A DNA stretch of 57,744 nucleotides from Nanobdellota archaeon (GCA_021817165.1 JAKAVT010000005.1:1-57744); one strand, 5' to 3'. Positions 18,016 to 27,416 are shown, numbered from the stretch's first letter. The notes: generated by a model from the letters alone, not told the origin. Numbers and translations: made by a program.

Positions 18016-18846
18016 ATGGAAAATGAACAATATTCTGTCAAGAAGCAAAGAATAGAAGGAGGATTAAGTCTCGATGCAAAGGAGGAAATTGCGCTCATAG
18101 TCATAAAAGATGCGTTGAAAAGATATAACCGGCCAACAGTCGTCTGGAGCGCGGGCAAGGACAGCACGGTGGTTTTAGACCTTGTAAGGAGGGCCTGCAA
18201 GGATTTGAACATGCAGTTGCCGCCCGCGTTGTTTATAGACCATGGTCAGCATTACGATGAAACAATGAAAATGCTTGAAGAGATAAGCAGAGAGTGGGGT
18301 TTTAAGATGATATATGCGAAGAACGAAGACGTTATTAAAAACGTTAGAAATGATAACATGATAAAGGTCAGCAGCCTTAACAAGTTAAACCAGGATGAAG
18401 CTAAAAGAATAGGTTTCAATGGGGAAGAATTCGAATACAGCTTGGAAACGGAAGTGGGAAACCACCTTCTGAAAACAGTTGCTATGAATCTTACCATAGA
18501 AAAATACAGGTTTGATGCGCTTTTTACCGGAGTAAGGTGGGATGAAAACGAAGCAAGATCCATGGAGGTTTTCATAAGCCCAAGGTCTCATCCAGATCAC
18601 GTTAGAGTGCAGCCAATACTGCCGTTTACCGAGAGAAATGTATGGGAATACATCTTTAAGCACAAATTACCGGTTCATCCGCTATACAAATTGGGCTACA
18701 GGTCAATAGACGGTAAACTGGATTCAAAGAAGACAAGCGATTTACCGGCGTGGGAGCAGGACTTAGAACACACCAAAGAAAGGGCCGGCAGATCACAGGA
18801 CAAAGAAGGAGTAATGGAAAAACTCAGGCTTTTCGGCTACATGTGA
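18016..18846 (+). CDS. PAPS-reductase-family PP-loop protein, CysD-like (sulfate adenylyltransferase subunit 2)
   Basis: WSAGKDSTVV PP-loop, TGVRWDENEAR, HPLYKLGYRSI, ERAGRSQDKE; SD AGGAGGT upstream. Confidence 0.75.
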   Translation: MENEQYSVKKQRIEGGLSLDAKEEIALIVIKDALKRYNRPTVVWSAGKDSTVVLDLVRRACKDLNMQLPPALFIDHGQHYDETMKMLEEISREWGFKMIYAKNEDVIKNVRNDNMIKVSSLNKLNQDEAKRIGFNGEEFEYSLETEVGNHLLKTVAMNLTIEKYRFDALFTGVRWDENEARSMEVFISPRSHPDHVRVQPILPFTERNVWEYIFKHKLPVHPLYKLGYRSIDGKLDSKKTSDLPAWEQDLEHTKERAGRSQDKEGVMEKLRLFGYM

Positions 18847-18848
18847 AA

Positions 18849-19343
18849 ATGGAACAGTCATTATATGATATTTTGATGAATGCAGGTAAACAGGCAGCAA
18901 AAGCATTGAATAATATCTTGGAGGAAAAGCCTTTGTACGATCTGCTGGAAGATGCAAGAAAGAAAGGCAGCAAAGAAGCATTAAGCATTAACAGGAAGTA
19001 TGCCAAGCTCTTTACTGGCAATTCCGTGAAATACTGCATAAACCCAGAGTACTTAAAAATTAAGAACGTCAATAAACTTAAAAGAGTCGTTTACTCCGTA
19101 ATTCAAAACGCCTTCAAGGAATACGAGCGTGGAGAAAAAGAAAACATTGAGATACTGTTGAACTACGGTTATCAAGCGGAAAAGATCAAAGGAATAAAGA
19201 AGGAGCTTGAAGAAAGCTATGGTTTTAGGGGCACGGACGCAGGATTCTACGAGGTCCCGGTTCTTGGGAAAGCTCTTGACTTTTCTGTGAAAAACCTGTC
19301 AGTCAAAGCCGTTCATCCGGATTCGCTTAAAGAATACATTTAA
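18849..19343 (+). CDS. Hypothetical protein with short N-terminal internal duplication
   Basis: ATG two bases after the upstream stop; LYDILMNAGKQAAKAL / LYDLLEDARKKGSKEAL. Confidence 0.6.
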   Translation: MEQSLYDILMNAGKQAAKALNNILEEKPLYDLLEDARKKGSKEALSINRKYAKLFTGNSVKYCINPEYLKIKNVNKLKRVVYSVIQNAFKEYERGEKENIEILLNYGYQAEKIKGIKKELEESYGFRGTDAGFYEVPVLGKALDFSVKNLSVKAVHPDSLKEYI

Positions 19344-19392
19344 ACAATCAGGTAATTATAAATATTAAAGTATCTATTAAAGTAATCATTGT

Positions 19393-19491
19393 GGCCTGGT
19401 AGCTTAGCCCGGTAGAGCACTGCTCTTATATGAGTATGCTCCAACATTTTAGGAAAAGCAGGGGTCCCGAGTCCAAATCTCGGCCAGGCCA
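19393..19491 (+). tRNA. tRNA-Ile(TAT) with 25-nt intron at 37/38 (19431-19455)
   Basis: Acceptor GGCCTGG/CCAGGCC-A; anticodon stem CTGCT/AGCAG with loop CT-TAT-A|A; BHB central helix CTTA/TAGG with two 3-nt bulges. Confidence 0.88.
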
Positions 19492-19558
19492 ATATTAATA
19501 ACAACCTTTAAATAACATAGTTGCCATAATTTTTACTTGTTACATATCGGAGGTAAAC

Positions 19559-19831
19559 ATGGAAAAGAATTCTTTGGAAAGGATAGTAAACGCAATGAAG
19601 TTGTTTGATGGGATAAATTATTCTGCAGCCACGGAAAAGATCCTTTACGGCACTTATTCTAAATTCGGCGAAAAGGCGGTTTTGGACCTTGCAAGTCGGC
19701 TTCTTGACGACAAAGCAGAATCTGTTCTGACGCTGGGCAACGTGAAAACCGTCAGCGGCAACGCAAAGATCATTACTTACGTTAATTTGTACAATGAACT
19801 TAAGGAAATGAGAGCTTTTTACGAGAGATAA
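19559..19831 (+). CDS. Hypothetical protein
   Basis: 90-aa ORF with SD GGAGGT and an upstream TTTAAATA. Confidence 0.65.
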   Translation: MEKNSLERIVNAMKLFDGINYSAATEKILYGTYSKFGEKAVLDLASRLLDDKAESVLTLGNVKTVSGNAKIITYVNLYNELKEMRAFYER

Positions 19832-19974
19832 ATTAGAAATGATGCCGCTGCGTGATTGGCAGCAAATCGATTAAGATAAACTGAATCTTTGGCAAGTGAA
19901 CATTTGCCCGTTTATGTGACGGTTTCTCTTAATAGATAGCTTTATAAATAGAACGATTCTTATACATAAGGTAG

Positions 19975-20054
19975 AGGAATGATGTTAGGGGGTTCTAGTA
20001 GGAGTTTATTGTTGATTCAAACTTTCTCTTATTGGAGTTCTAAACTTCATTCTT
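19975..20054 (+). promoter_or_regulatory. Long G-U-rich 5'UTR hairpin
   Basis: 19975-19982 pairs with 20047-20054; 19990-20004 pairs with 20026-20040 (15 contiguous pairs, many G-U). TATA TTTATAAA at 19941-19948; SD AAGGAGG directly after the hairpin. Confidence 0.6.
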
Positions 20055-20064
20055 AAGGAGGAAT

Positions 20065-20202
20065 ATGGCAAAGTTCGAAAGAAGAATGTATAAAGCTGTA
20101 TGTTCCGATTGTGGGAAAGAGACGGAAGTTCCTTTCCAGCCACAAGAGGGCAGACCAGTTTACTGCAGAGACTGCTATAGCAAGAGAAAGGGAACACAGT
20201 AA
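20065..20202 (+). CDS. CxxC-x17-CxxC zinc-ribbon protein (45 aa, not in ORF track)
   Basis: MAKFERRMYKAVCSDCGKETEVPFQPQEGRPVYCRDCYSKRKGTQ; strong SD. Confidence 0.9.
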   Translation: MAKFERRMYKAVCSDCGKETEVPFQPQEGRPVYCRDCYSKRKGTQ

Positions 20203-20256
20203 TTCCTGTTTTTAGTAAATAGCAAAAACTTTAAATTTTATTTTTTATTATTTTAT

Positions 20257-21690
20257 TTATTGATCGTCAAATGTCCTAAGCTGGGGGAACGGTATAACTT
20301 CCTTTATGCTTTTTGAATCCGTGCCTATCATCTGCAATCTATCGATTCCTATGCCAACGCCGCCGGCCGGAGGCATGCCATAGCTCATCGCTTCTATGAA
20401 ATCTATGTCAAATTCCTGCGTTTCGTCTATTCCCCTGTTTTTTCTTTTTGCCTCTTCTTCAAACCTGCTTATCTGGTCTATAGGATCGTTTAGTTCGGAA
20501 AATGCATTCGCTATCTCCATGCCAGCTATGTACAGTTCAAACCTGTATACGAACCGGGGGTCATCGGCAGTTTTCTTTGCAAGCGGCGAAACTTCGATGG
20601 GAAACCTGGTAACGAACACTGGATCTATTATGTTGTCGGATACCTTAGCTTCGAATATGGCGTTTACCGCTTCTCCGTATGAGCTTACCTTGCCGTCTAT
20701 CTGTTTTCCCCTCTTTATTATCTCTTTTTCTTCGTTTACTCCAAGGTTGTCTTTCACCATGTCTTCCATTGTTTTAATCTGGAATTTTGACAGGTCTATC
20801 ATCTTTTCTCCGAATTTAACCCTGTAGGTTTTATTGGCCGCATATACGGATTCTTTTACTATCTCTTCAGTAAGTTCAAGCATTGTGCTTAAATCTCCAT
20901 AAGCCTGGTAAGCCTCCATCATTATGAATTCCGGATTGTGCCTCGTATCTATGCCTTCATTTCTGAAATTCTTGCTTATGTCAAAAACCCTCTCAAATCC
21001 GCCTACGAGAAGCCTTTTCAGGTAAAGCTCAGATGCTATCTTTAGATAAAAATCCCTGTCTAGAGAATTATAATGCGTTATGAACGGCTTTGCGTTTGCT
21101 CCTCCGGGTATTGGCTGCAGTATTGGTACTGTGACTTCGGTGTAATTTTTCCCTTCCATTATCTCTCGGATCTTGGAAAGCATTACGCTGCCCTTTTTTA
21201 TTTTATCCAGCGATTCCCTGTTTATTAAAAAATCCAGATATCTTTTCCTGTATCTTTTTTCCGTGTCTTCCAAACCGTACCACTTGGAAGGAATGGGAAG
21301 CAGCGATTTGCTCAGCATAACTATCTTTTTTGCGTCTACCGATATTTCATTCGTCTTAGTCTTCACTACGTTTCCCTTTACGCCTATTATGTCTCCTACA
21401 TCAAGTTCCTCTGCGATTTTTGTCGATTCTTCATCGGCGTGTTTTTCCGAGAAATAAACCTGTATGCTGCCTTTCTCGTCCTGCAAATCTATGAACTTTA
21501 TCTTTCCGTGGTCTCTTTTTGCCGTTATTCTTCCTGCAACAGAGGTATCCTTACCCTCAAGCTTTTCAAAGTTTTCTTTTATGTCTATAGAATGCAGTTC
21601 TGCATCGAATCTATCGCCGTAAGGATCTATACCCTCTTCTTTCAGTTTTTCCAGTTTTTCCAGCCTTTCCTTGTCGAATTTAAATTCCAT
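20257..21690 (-). CDS. lysS: Lysyl-tRNA synthetase, class II
   Basis: OB anticodon domain, GGANAKPFITH, FRNEGIDTRHNPEF, EIANAFSELNDP, GMPPAGGVGIGIDRL. Confidence 0.96.
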   Translation of the reverse strand: MEFKFDKERLEKLEKLKEEGIDPYGDRFDAELHSIDIKENFEKLEGKDTSVAGRITAKRDHGKIKFIDLQDEKGSIQVYFSEKHADEESTKIAEELDVGDIIGVKGNVVKTKTNEISVDAKKIVMLSKSLLPIPSKWYGLEDTEKRYRKRYLDFLINRESLDKIKKGSVMLSKIREIMEGKNYTEVTVPILQPIPGGANAKPFITHYNSLDRDFYLKIASELYLKRLLVGGFERVFDISKNFRNEGIDTRHNPEFIMMEAYQAYGDLSTMLELTEEIVKESVYAANKTYRVKFGEKMIDLSKFQIKTMEDMVKDNLGVNEEKEIIKRGKQIDGKVSSYGEAVNAIFEAKVSDNIIDPVFVTRFPIEVSPLAKKTADDPRFVYRFELYIAGMEIANAFSELNDPIDQISRFEEEAKRKNRGIDETQEFDIDFIEAMSYGMPPAGGVGIGIDRLQMIGTDSKSIKEVIPFPQLRTFDDQ

Positions 21691-22936
21691 GGTACTGTAA
21701 AAACAATGTTATCAAAAGGACAAGGCCTACTGCCATGGAATAGCCGAATATCCCCTTTCTTGTGTTTCTGTCCTTTGCTATCAATCCTATAAATCCCTTT
21801 TCTATTATCGCCGCAAATATGGATACGCCAAGAAGCATCGCAGTATAGCTTGCGCTTATTTGATGATCCAAAAATAGCGTACCCAACGCAAACGACGCGC
21901 CGACTATGTTTGCAAGCGCGGATAAAAACATGTCCACTATGAGAAGATTCGGTGCGGCTATCGCGACTATTCTGGAAACGGAAATGACTATAAAGAAGAC
22001 TGCGGCGAATTCCAGTGTCTTTACCAGTGGAAACGGATTATTGGGTTTTTCCGCTTTTTTGTTTATTTCCCCTTTTCCAATCAGGTATATCATCAGCAAG
22101 CTTATTATAGAGACTGCGGTTACCGGTATCATGTAATAGACAATTCTCGATGAAAGGGTTACTATATATATTATTAAAAGTGCCTGTATGAGGACCATGG
22201 GAACGTTCGCTCCGACTATCACGTTGTACACGACTGCCTTTCCAAGCTTTTTAAACCGGTTTCCAAGGTTTACAAGCGCGAACGTTATCGTAGTACCGGT
22301 TATAAGGCTGCCTATGATCGTCGAAATAAGAAGCCCGGACTTTGAAATTCTAAGTATGGCATACTGAAGGAAGAAGACGGTTCCAACCAGCGTTATCAGG
22401 AGCCAGAACTGAAAAGGATTAAAGAAGCCGTACGGTCCTAAGTATACATTCGGAAGAAGCGGCAGTATGACAAAGGAGATTATCAGCAGGTTTATTGCCG
22501 CGATTATCTCGCTTTTCTTTATAGAAGTTATAAAATAGAGAAATTCCCTTTTGTAGAAGCTTATGGCCGTTATAAGTATCACTATGACTATCGCGTATTC
22601 ATAATAACCTATGCCGACAAGCATACCGGACAAAAACAGTATCATCGAGCTTATGTACGTCGTTGCTCCCGGATTTTTCGTTTTAGCGTTCTTTTCTATG
22701 TAAATTGCGCTTGCGAAAATTATCATGACTGCAAATCCCGCTATAAGTATGGATGGAGATTTGAACGTTTCATAGAAAATTGCAAATATGTTTCCCAAAA
22801 GGGCTATAAATATGGATGTCCTAAAGCCCATGAATATCTTTACTCCCTTCTGCATCCTATACTCGTTTTCTAGGCCGAATATTGCACCCAGGGCTATTGA
22901 AAGTATTATATATTCGAAAGTTAAATCAATGTTCAT
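21680..22936 (-). CDS. MgtC/SapB family membrane protein with DUF4010-like C-terminal region
   Basis: LGAIFGLENE...GFRT, PGATT, ILPLLP...FNPFQFW; polytopic. Confidence 0.75.
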   Translation of the reverse strand: MNIDLTFEYIILSIALGAIFGLENEYRMQKGVKIFMGFRTSIFIALLGNIFAIFYETFKSPSILIAGFAVMIIFASAIYIEKNAKTKNPGATTYISSMILFLSGMLVGIGYYEYAIVIVILITAISFYKREFLYFITSIKKSEIIAAINLLIISFVILPLLPNVYLGPYGFFNPFQFWLLITLVGTVFFLQYAILRISKSGLLISTIIGSLITGTTITFALVNLGNRFKKLGKAVVYNVIVGANVPMVLIQALLIIYIVTLSSRIVYYMIPVTAVSIISLLMIYLIGKGEINKKAEKPNNPFPLVKTLEFAAVFFIVISVSRIVAIAAPNLLIVDMFLSALANIVGASFALGTLFLDHQISASYTAMLLGVSIFAAIIEKGFIGLIAKDRNTRKGIFGYSMAVGLVLLITLFLQYHGI

Positions 22937-22981
22937 TATTATTCTAAGAAATAAGCATTAATAAAGTTTGTTTAAACGCCT

Positions 22982-24124
22982 TTATTTCTTATATAACTCT
23001 ATGAATTTTTCCGCCGCCTTTTCCCATGTGATGCTGTCAAGCTCCTTGTATGCTTCCTTGGACAGCTCGCTGTTTATTTCGCTATAATCCAAAAGTCCAA
23101 GTATTAGGTCTGCCATCTGCTCCGTGTCCCAGAAATCGACCTTGAGCGTGTTCCTTATCACTTCAGAAACGCCTGATTGAGAAGAGACTATGGTCGGAAC
23201 GTTGGAGGCGATGGCCTCAAGGGCAACTATACCGAAAGGTTCGGATACGGAAGGCATCACAAAAACATTCGCAATGGAATATAGCGCTTCCATGTCTTCA
23301 TCAGGCACCCTTCCCAAAAATATTATCCTGTCGGCAAGTTCCAAGTTTATAGAGAGATTTATAAGGTTCGACAGTTCAGGTCCTTCTCCTATGATGTACA
23401 GCAACGCATCGCCGTTTTTCTTCGCCACTACGCTGAATGCTTTTATCAGATTATCGATTCCCTTCTGAACTGACAGCCTCCCGACATAAAGGACTATTTT
23501 TTGACCGTTGCTTATTTTGATGACGTTGAACTTTTCCTTGTTTATGGCATTGTATATCACACTTATCTTTTTTTCGTCGGTTTTGTACAGACTTATGATT
23601 TCCTCTTTCAGTCTTCTGCTCACCGTTACTACAGTATCCGCACGGTCTATAAGTTCTTTCTCCTCTTTCGATATGCTTTCCCAGGGTTTACCTGCCGTGC
23701 GGTCATATTCCGTGCTGTGTATGGTTGCAATAAGTTTTTTCCCGGTGTTTTTCTTGATCGCTATGGCAGCTCTTCCGGTTACCCAGTCATTTGCTTGTAT
23801 TACATCAAAGTCTATTTTCGATGACAGTTCTACCGCTCTGTTTTTGTATTCCTCTACTTCATTGAAAACGTCCTTGTAAAGCGCGTTTTCCCCTGCCATA
23901 TCTTTGCCGTTTTTTCTGCTGCTGATGTCATACATGCTTTCAAAAAGCCGGCTTTCGAACGTCAAGAAATTTACGCCATTTATTTCGATGTGCTCCTTGA
24001 ATGGGAGTATTACGTTTACTATTACTCCTTTCTCGGAAAGAGTCTTTACAATATTATAAGAATGAGTACCTAAACCCCCTACGGAATGCGGCGGAAACTC
24101 CCATCCTAAGAAAAGAACTTTCAT
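22982..24124 (-). CDS. GT4 glycosyltransferase
   Basis: LGWEFPPHSVGGLG, HSTEYDR, PSVSEPFGIVALEA. Confidence 0.9.
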   Translation of the reverse strand: MKVLFLGWEFPPHSVGGLGTHSYNIVKTLSEKGVIVNVILPFKEHIEINGVNFLTFESRLFESMYDISSRKNGKDMAGENALYKDVFNEVEEYKNRAVELSSKIDFDVIQANDWVTGRAAIAIKKNTGKKLIATIHSTEYDRTAGKPWESISKEEKELIDRADTVVTVSRRLKEEIISLYKTDEKKISVIYNAINKEKFNVIKISNGQKIVLYVGRLSVQKGIDNLIKAFSVVAKKNGDALLYIIGEGPELSNLINLSINLELADRIIFLGRVPDEDMEALYSIANVFVMPSVSEPFGIVALEAIASNVPTIVSSQSGVSEVIRNTLKVDFWDTEQMADLILGLLDYSEINSELSKEAYKELDSITWEKAAEKFIELYKK

Positions 24125-24194
24125 GTTATTTACGATTTTTGTACGTTATTACTTAGAATAATATGTTTTTTATTCTTTAAATACAATTAACTTA

Positions 24195-26315
24195 ATGGAA
24201 AAATTAAGTGAATTTAAAAGTAACATTCCTCAGATTATATACGAAAGACTTGAAAAAAAGATAGAATATCTGATGCCTCCGCAGGCAGAAGCAGTGAAAA
24301 AAGGTCTGTTCAATGGAAAGAACGTAATAGTGTCTGCGCCCACTGCCTCAGGTAAAACTCTGATAGCAGAGATGGCAATACTGAATTCCTTCTTATCCGG
24401 CAAGAAATCCATTTACCTTGCGCCGTTAAGGGCGTTGATCTCTGAGAAATATGAGGATTTTGTGAAAGAAAACAGTGACGTAAAAGCGATACTATCAATC
24501 GGGGATTACAATGAAAAGGACTACAACATAGACAAATACGATGTAATATTCGCTTCAACGGAGAAGTTCGACAGCATAATAAGAAATTCCCTGCATAAAA
24601 TAGGTAACATAGGCTGCATAGTATACGATGAGGTGCATTTGCTGTCAGACATTGGCAGGGGCCCAACGCTAGAATTCCTCATAACATTAAATAAGCTTCT
24701 TTTTCCAAATGCCCAGATAATAGGGTTGAGCGCTACAATAGGAAACGCAGACGAACTATCAGAGTGGCTGAAGGCCGAGATGGTAAAAAGCGATTTCCGG
24801 CCGGTTAAACTTTCAAAGAAAAAGTACTTTGAAGGAGAGCTTGTGAACGGAACCGTGGAAAAAATAAACAGCGGCTACGAAGACCCTCTTTCAAACCTAG
24901 CAGTGTGGCTTTTTAAGAACAATAAACAGGCGCTTGTATTCTCGCAGAATAAAAGGACAGTAGTTGCGAATGCGAAGACAATCTCTTCTTTGACAGGCAG
25001 CAGGCTTTCCGGAGAGGATAAAACGAAACTCCTTGCAGTTTCTAAGGACATATTAAACGTACTGGAAAGGCCTACAACGCAGTGCGAGATCTTAAGCGAT
25101 TTAGTCAAGAGCGGCGTAGCGTTTCATCACGCTGGCCTGGTAAACAAGCAGAGGAAGCTAATCGAAGACAATTTCAAGAAAGGCCTGATCAAATTCATAG
25201 TCGCTACTCCCACTCTCGCAATGGGGGTAAACCTGCCGGCAAATACGGTTATAATAAACTCAATCAGAAGGTACGGGGATTACGGGATGGAATTGCTTCC
25301 TGCTGTAGAAGTGGAGCAGATGATGGGAAGAGCGGGAAGGCCGAAATACGACAAGGAGGGCAGTGCGATAATAGTCGCAAGGAATGACGGAGAACTGGAA
25401 ATAATAGACGAGAAGTATCTCAGCGGGGAAATAGAACCAATAACCTCAAAATTCAATAACGAGCTAGCAATAAGGAGGTATGCGCTTAATCTTTTCTGCT
25501 TGGGTATATACGACAAAGAAGACAAGGTTTCGGATTTCTTTGACGAAACTTTTATGCATTTCAGTGGGATAGAAGTATACGATAAAATAGAAGATGCAGT
25601 CTCATTCTTGGAGGAAAACGATTTCATAACTGAAAATGCTGGAAAGATAGAAGTTACAAGGATGGGCAAACTCGTAAATTCGCTGTACATAGATCCATTG
25701 ACAGGGTCTCTTTTCATAAAATTTATTGAAAGGATAAAGAAGAAGGAAAAAGTGGAAGAACTGGATTTATTGCACGTTATATTCTGCAGCGAGGAGTTCC
25801 GGAATATAAGGACAAACCAGAAAGAATTCCAGAAATACGAGGAGGAAAGCTATGAGCTGGATTTATCCGCGGACGAAAATATCGTGGACTATGACAGGTT
25901 TATCTCTGCAATAAAAATGGCGCACGTAATGCAGGATTGGATTTCCGAGAAGAATGAAAAATACATGGAAGAAGAATACGGCCTTTTACCCGGAGAGTTC
26001 TATAACATACTTGAAAACACGAAGTGGCTCCTTTATTCTTTGAATGAAATCAGTAAGGTAATGCAGTTAAGGAGGAAAGACGTAACCGAAATGGGAATAA
26101 GGATAAAAAATGGGATAAAAGCGGAGCTGATACCACTGGTATCTGTGCCAGAAATAGGCAGGATCAGGGCAAGAAAGCTTTATTCTGCGGGCATAATGTC
26201 ATTAAAGTCGTTAAAGGAAGCGGGACTTGAACGTTTGATTTCCCTTTTAGGCAGAGGCGTTGCGCAGAAGGTTTATGCTTATCTGCATAAAAATGAAAAT
26301 ACTCTACTAGGATAG
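24195..26315 (+). CDS. hel308: Hel308/Hjm SF2 DNA helicase
   Basis: APTASGKT, DEVH, SAT, AFHHAGL, TPTLAMGVNLPA, QMMGRAGRP and C-terminal IGRIRARKLY. Confidence 0.92.
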   Translation: MEKLSEFKSNIPQIIYERLEKKIEYLMPPQAEAVKKGLFNGKNVIVSAPTASGKTLIAEMAILNSFLSGKKSIYLAPLRALISEKYEDFVKENSDVKAILSIGDYNEKDYNIDKYDVIFASTEKFDSIIRNSLHKIGNIGCIVYDEVHLLSDIGRGPTLEFLITLNKLLFPNAQIIGLSATIGNADELSEWLKAEMVKSDFRPVKLSKKKYFEGELVNGTVEKINSGYEDPLSNLAVWLFKNNKQALVFSQNKRTVVANAKTISSLTGSRLSGEDKTKLLAVSKDILNVLERPTTQCEILSDLVKSGVAFHHAGLVNKQRKLIEDNFKKGLIKFIVATPTLAMGVNLPANTVIINSIRRYGDYGMELLPAVEVEQMMGRAGRPKYDKEGSAIIVARNDGELEIIDEKYLSGEIEPITSKFNNELAIRRYALNLFCLGIYDKEDKVSDFFDETFMHFSGIEVYDKIEDAVSFLEENDFITENAGKIEVTRMGKLVNSLYIDPLTGSLFIKFIERIKKKEKVEELDLLHVIFCSEEFRNIRTNQKEFQKYEEESYELDLSADENIVDYDRFISAIKMAHVMQDWISEKNEKYMEEEYGLLPGEFYNILENTKWLLYSLNEISKVMQLRRKDVTEMGIRIKNGIKAELIPLVSVPEIGRIRARKLYSAGIMSLKSLKEAGLERLISLLGRGVAQKVYAYLHKNENTLLG

Positions 26316-26350
26316 AAAAGTATTTGTTTAAAGCCCATGATTAATACTGT

Positions 26351-26962
26351 ATGAAAATACTGGCTGCTTCAGACATACATGGAGATTTGCAGGCTGCAGA
26401 GGGCCTTGCAAAGAAAGCAAAGAAGGAAAAAGCCGATCTAATCATACTGGCGGGAGACTTATCAATATTCGGAAACGGTCTTGAAGGTTTGCTTAAGCCG
26501 TTTAAGGATGCAAATAAAAAAGTAGCGTTGATTCCAGGCAACCATGACAGCGAGGCCGACATTTTCATGCTCAAGAAACGCTATCCCGATACGATATATG
26601 ACCTGCACAATTATTCATTTAAGATAGGAGATGTAGGCTTTTTTGGGTGCGGACTGGCAAACATAGGGCCGAACGAGATTTCAGAAGACGAGCTCCATAA
26701 AAAGATCCAGTCATCCTATAACTACATAAAGAATTCAAAGAAGAAAGTGATGGTCGTGCACGTCCCACCATATAACACCAAACTTGATAGAATAGGAAAT
26801 AACATGAACATAGGAAGCACTGCCGTAAGGGAAATGATAGAAAAGACAAAGCCGGACGCATGCATATGCGGGCACGTGCATGAGACTTTTGGGCTGGAGG
26901 ACAAGCTTGGCAAAACGAACATAGTAAATGCCGGTCCAAAGGGAAAAATAATAGAGATATAA
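26351..26962 (+). CDS. Calcineurin-like metallophosphoesterase
   Basis: SDIHG, AGDL, PGNHD, VHVPP, CGHVHE. Confidence 0.88.
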   Translation: MKILAASDIHGDLQAAEGLAKKAKKEKADLIILAGDLSIFGNGLEGLLKPFKDANKKVALIPGNHDSEADIFMLKKRYPDTIYDLHNYSFKIGDVGFFGCGLANIGPNEISEDELHKKIQSSYNYIKNSKKKVMVVHVPPYNTKLDRIGNNMNIGSTAVREMIEKTKPDACICGHVHETFGLEDKLGKTNIVNAGPKGKIIEI

Positions 26963-27002
26963 ATCGATAATTATAAATAGATATTCAATTCATCATACTG
27001 CA

Positions 27003-27248
27003 ATGAAAACAATACTTATATATGGTCTATTTATAGTTTTCATAGTATTCATACTTGTTGTGACATATCTCGAATTGTTTCTTTCTTTGGGATTGGCAAC
27101 GCAATTTGCATTAGGAATGGTTTATTTGATTATTTTAGTTGGCTTGGTTTATTTATCTTCATCAAAAGCTCTTTACAATAAGCATAGTGTGATTATGATA
27201 CTTACATTAGTTCTACTTGTTTTATTGATGGTACTGCTTAGTTTTTAG
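27003..27248 (+). CDS. Small membrane protein (about 3 TM segments)
   Basis: 81 aa, almost entirely hydrophobic; TTATAAATA upstream. Confidence 0.6.
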   Translation: MKTILIYGLFIVFIVFILVVTYLELFLSLGLATQFALGMVYLIILVGLVYLSSSKALYNKHSVIMILTLVLLVLLMVLLSF

Positions 27249-27323
27249 GCGTAATTATCAAAGCTGCGATATTGTCTTTTATCCTATCAAAAGATAAATA
27301 TCACGTCGTTCTTAAGATATCGT

Positions 27324-27416
27324 GGGCCCATAGTCTAGTCCGGATAGGACTGATGGCTTCGAATGCCTTCAGTTGGAAGTAACCATCTGACCTGGGTTCA
27401 AATCCCAGTGGGCCCT
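27324..27416 (+). tRNA. tRNA-Arg(TCG) with 19-nt intron at 37/38 (27363-27381)
   Basis: Acceptor GGGCCCA/TGGGCCC; anticodon stem GATGG/CCATC; BHB central helix CTTC/GAAG; T-arm GGTTCAAATCC. Confidence 0.88.

Noticed and set aside
19839-19884. C/D box sRNA (ATGATGC...CTGA)
   Set aside because: Imperfect C box and no convincing C'/D' spacing
20006-20197. ORF-track minus-strand 63-aa ORF
   Set aside because: Antisense shadow of the real zinc-ribbon gene at 20065-20202
27268-27302. 13-bp AT-rich hairpin upstream of tRNA-Arg
   Set aside because: Single low-complexity stem, plausibly a terminator or chance; no att duplication seen
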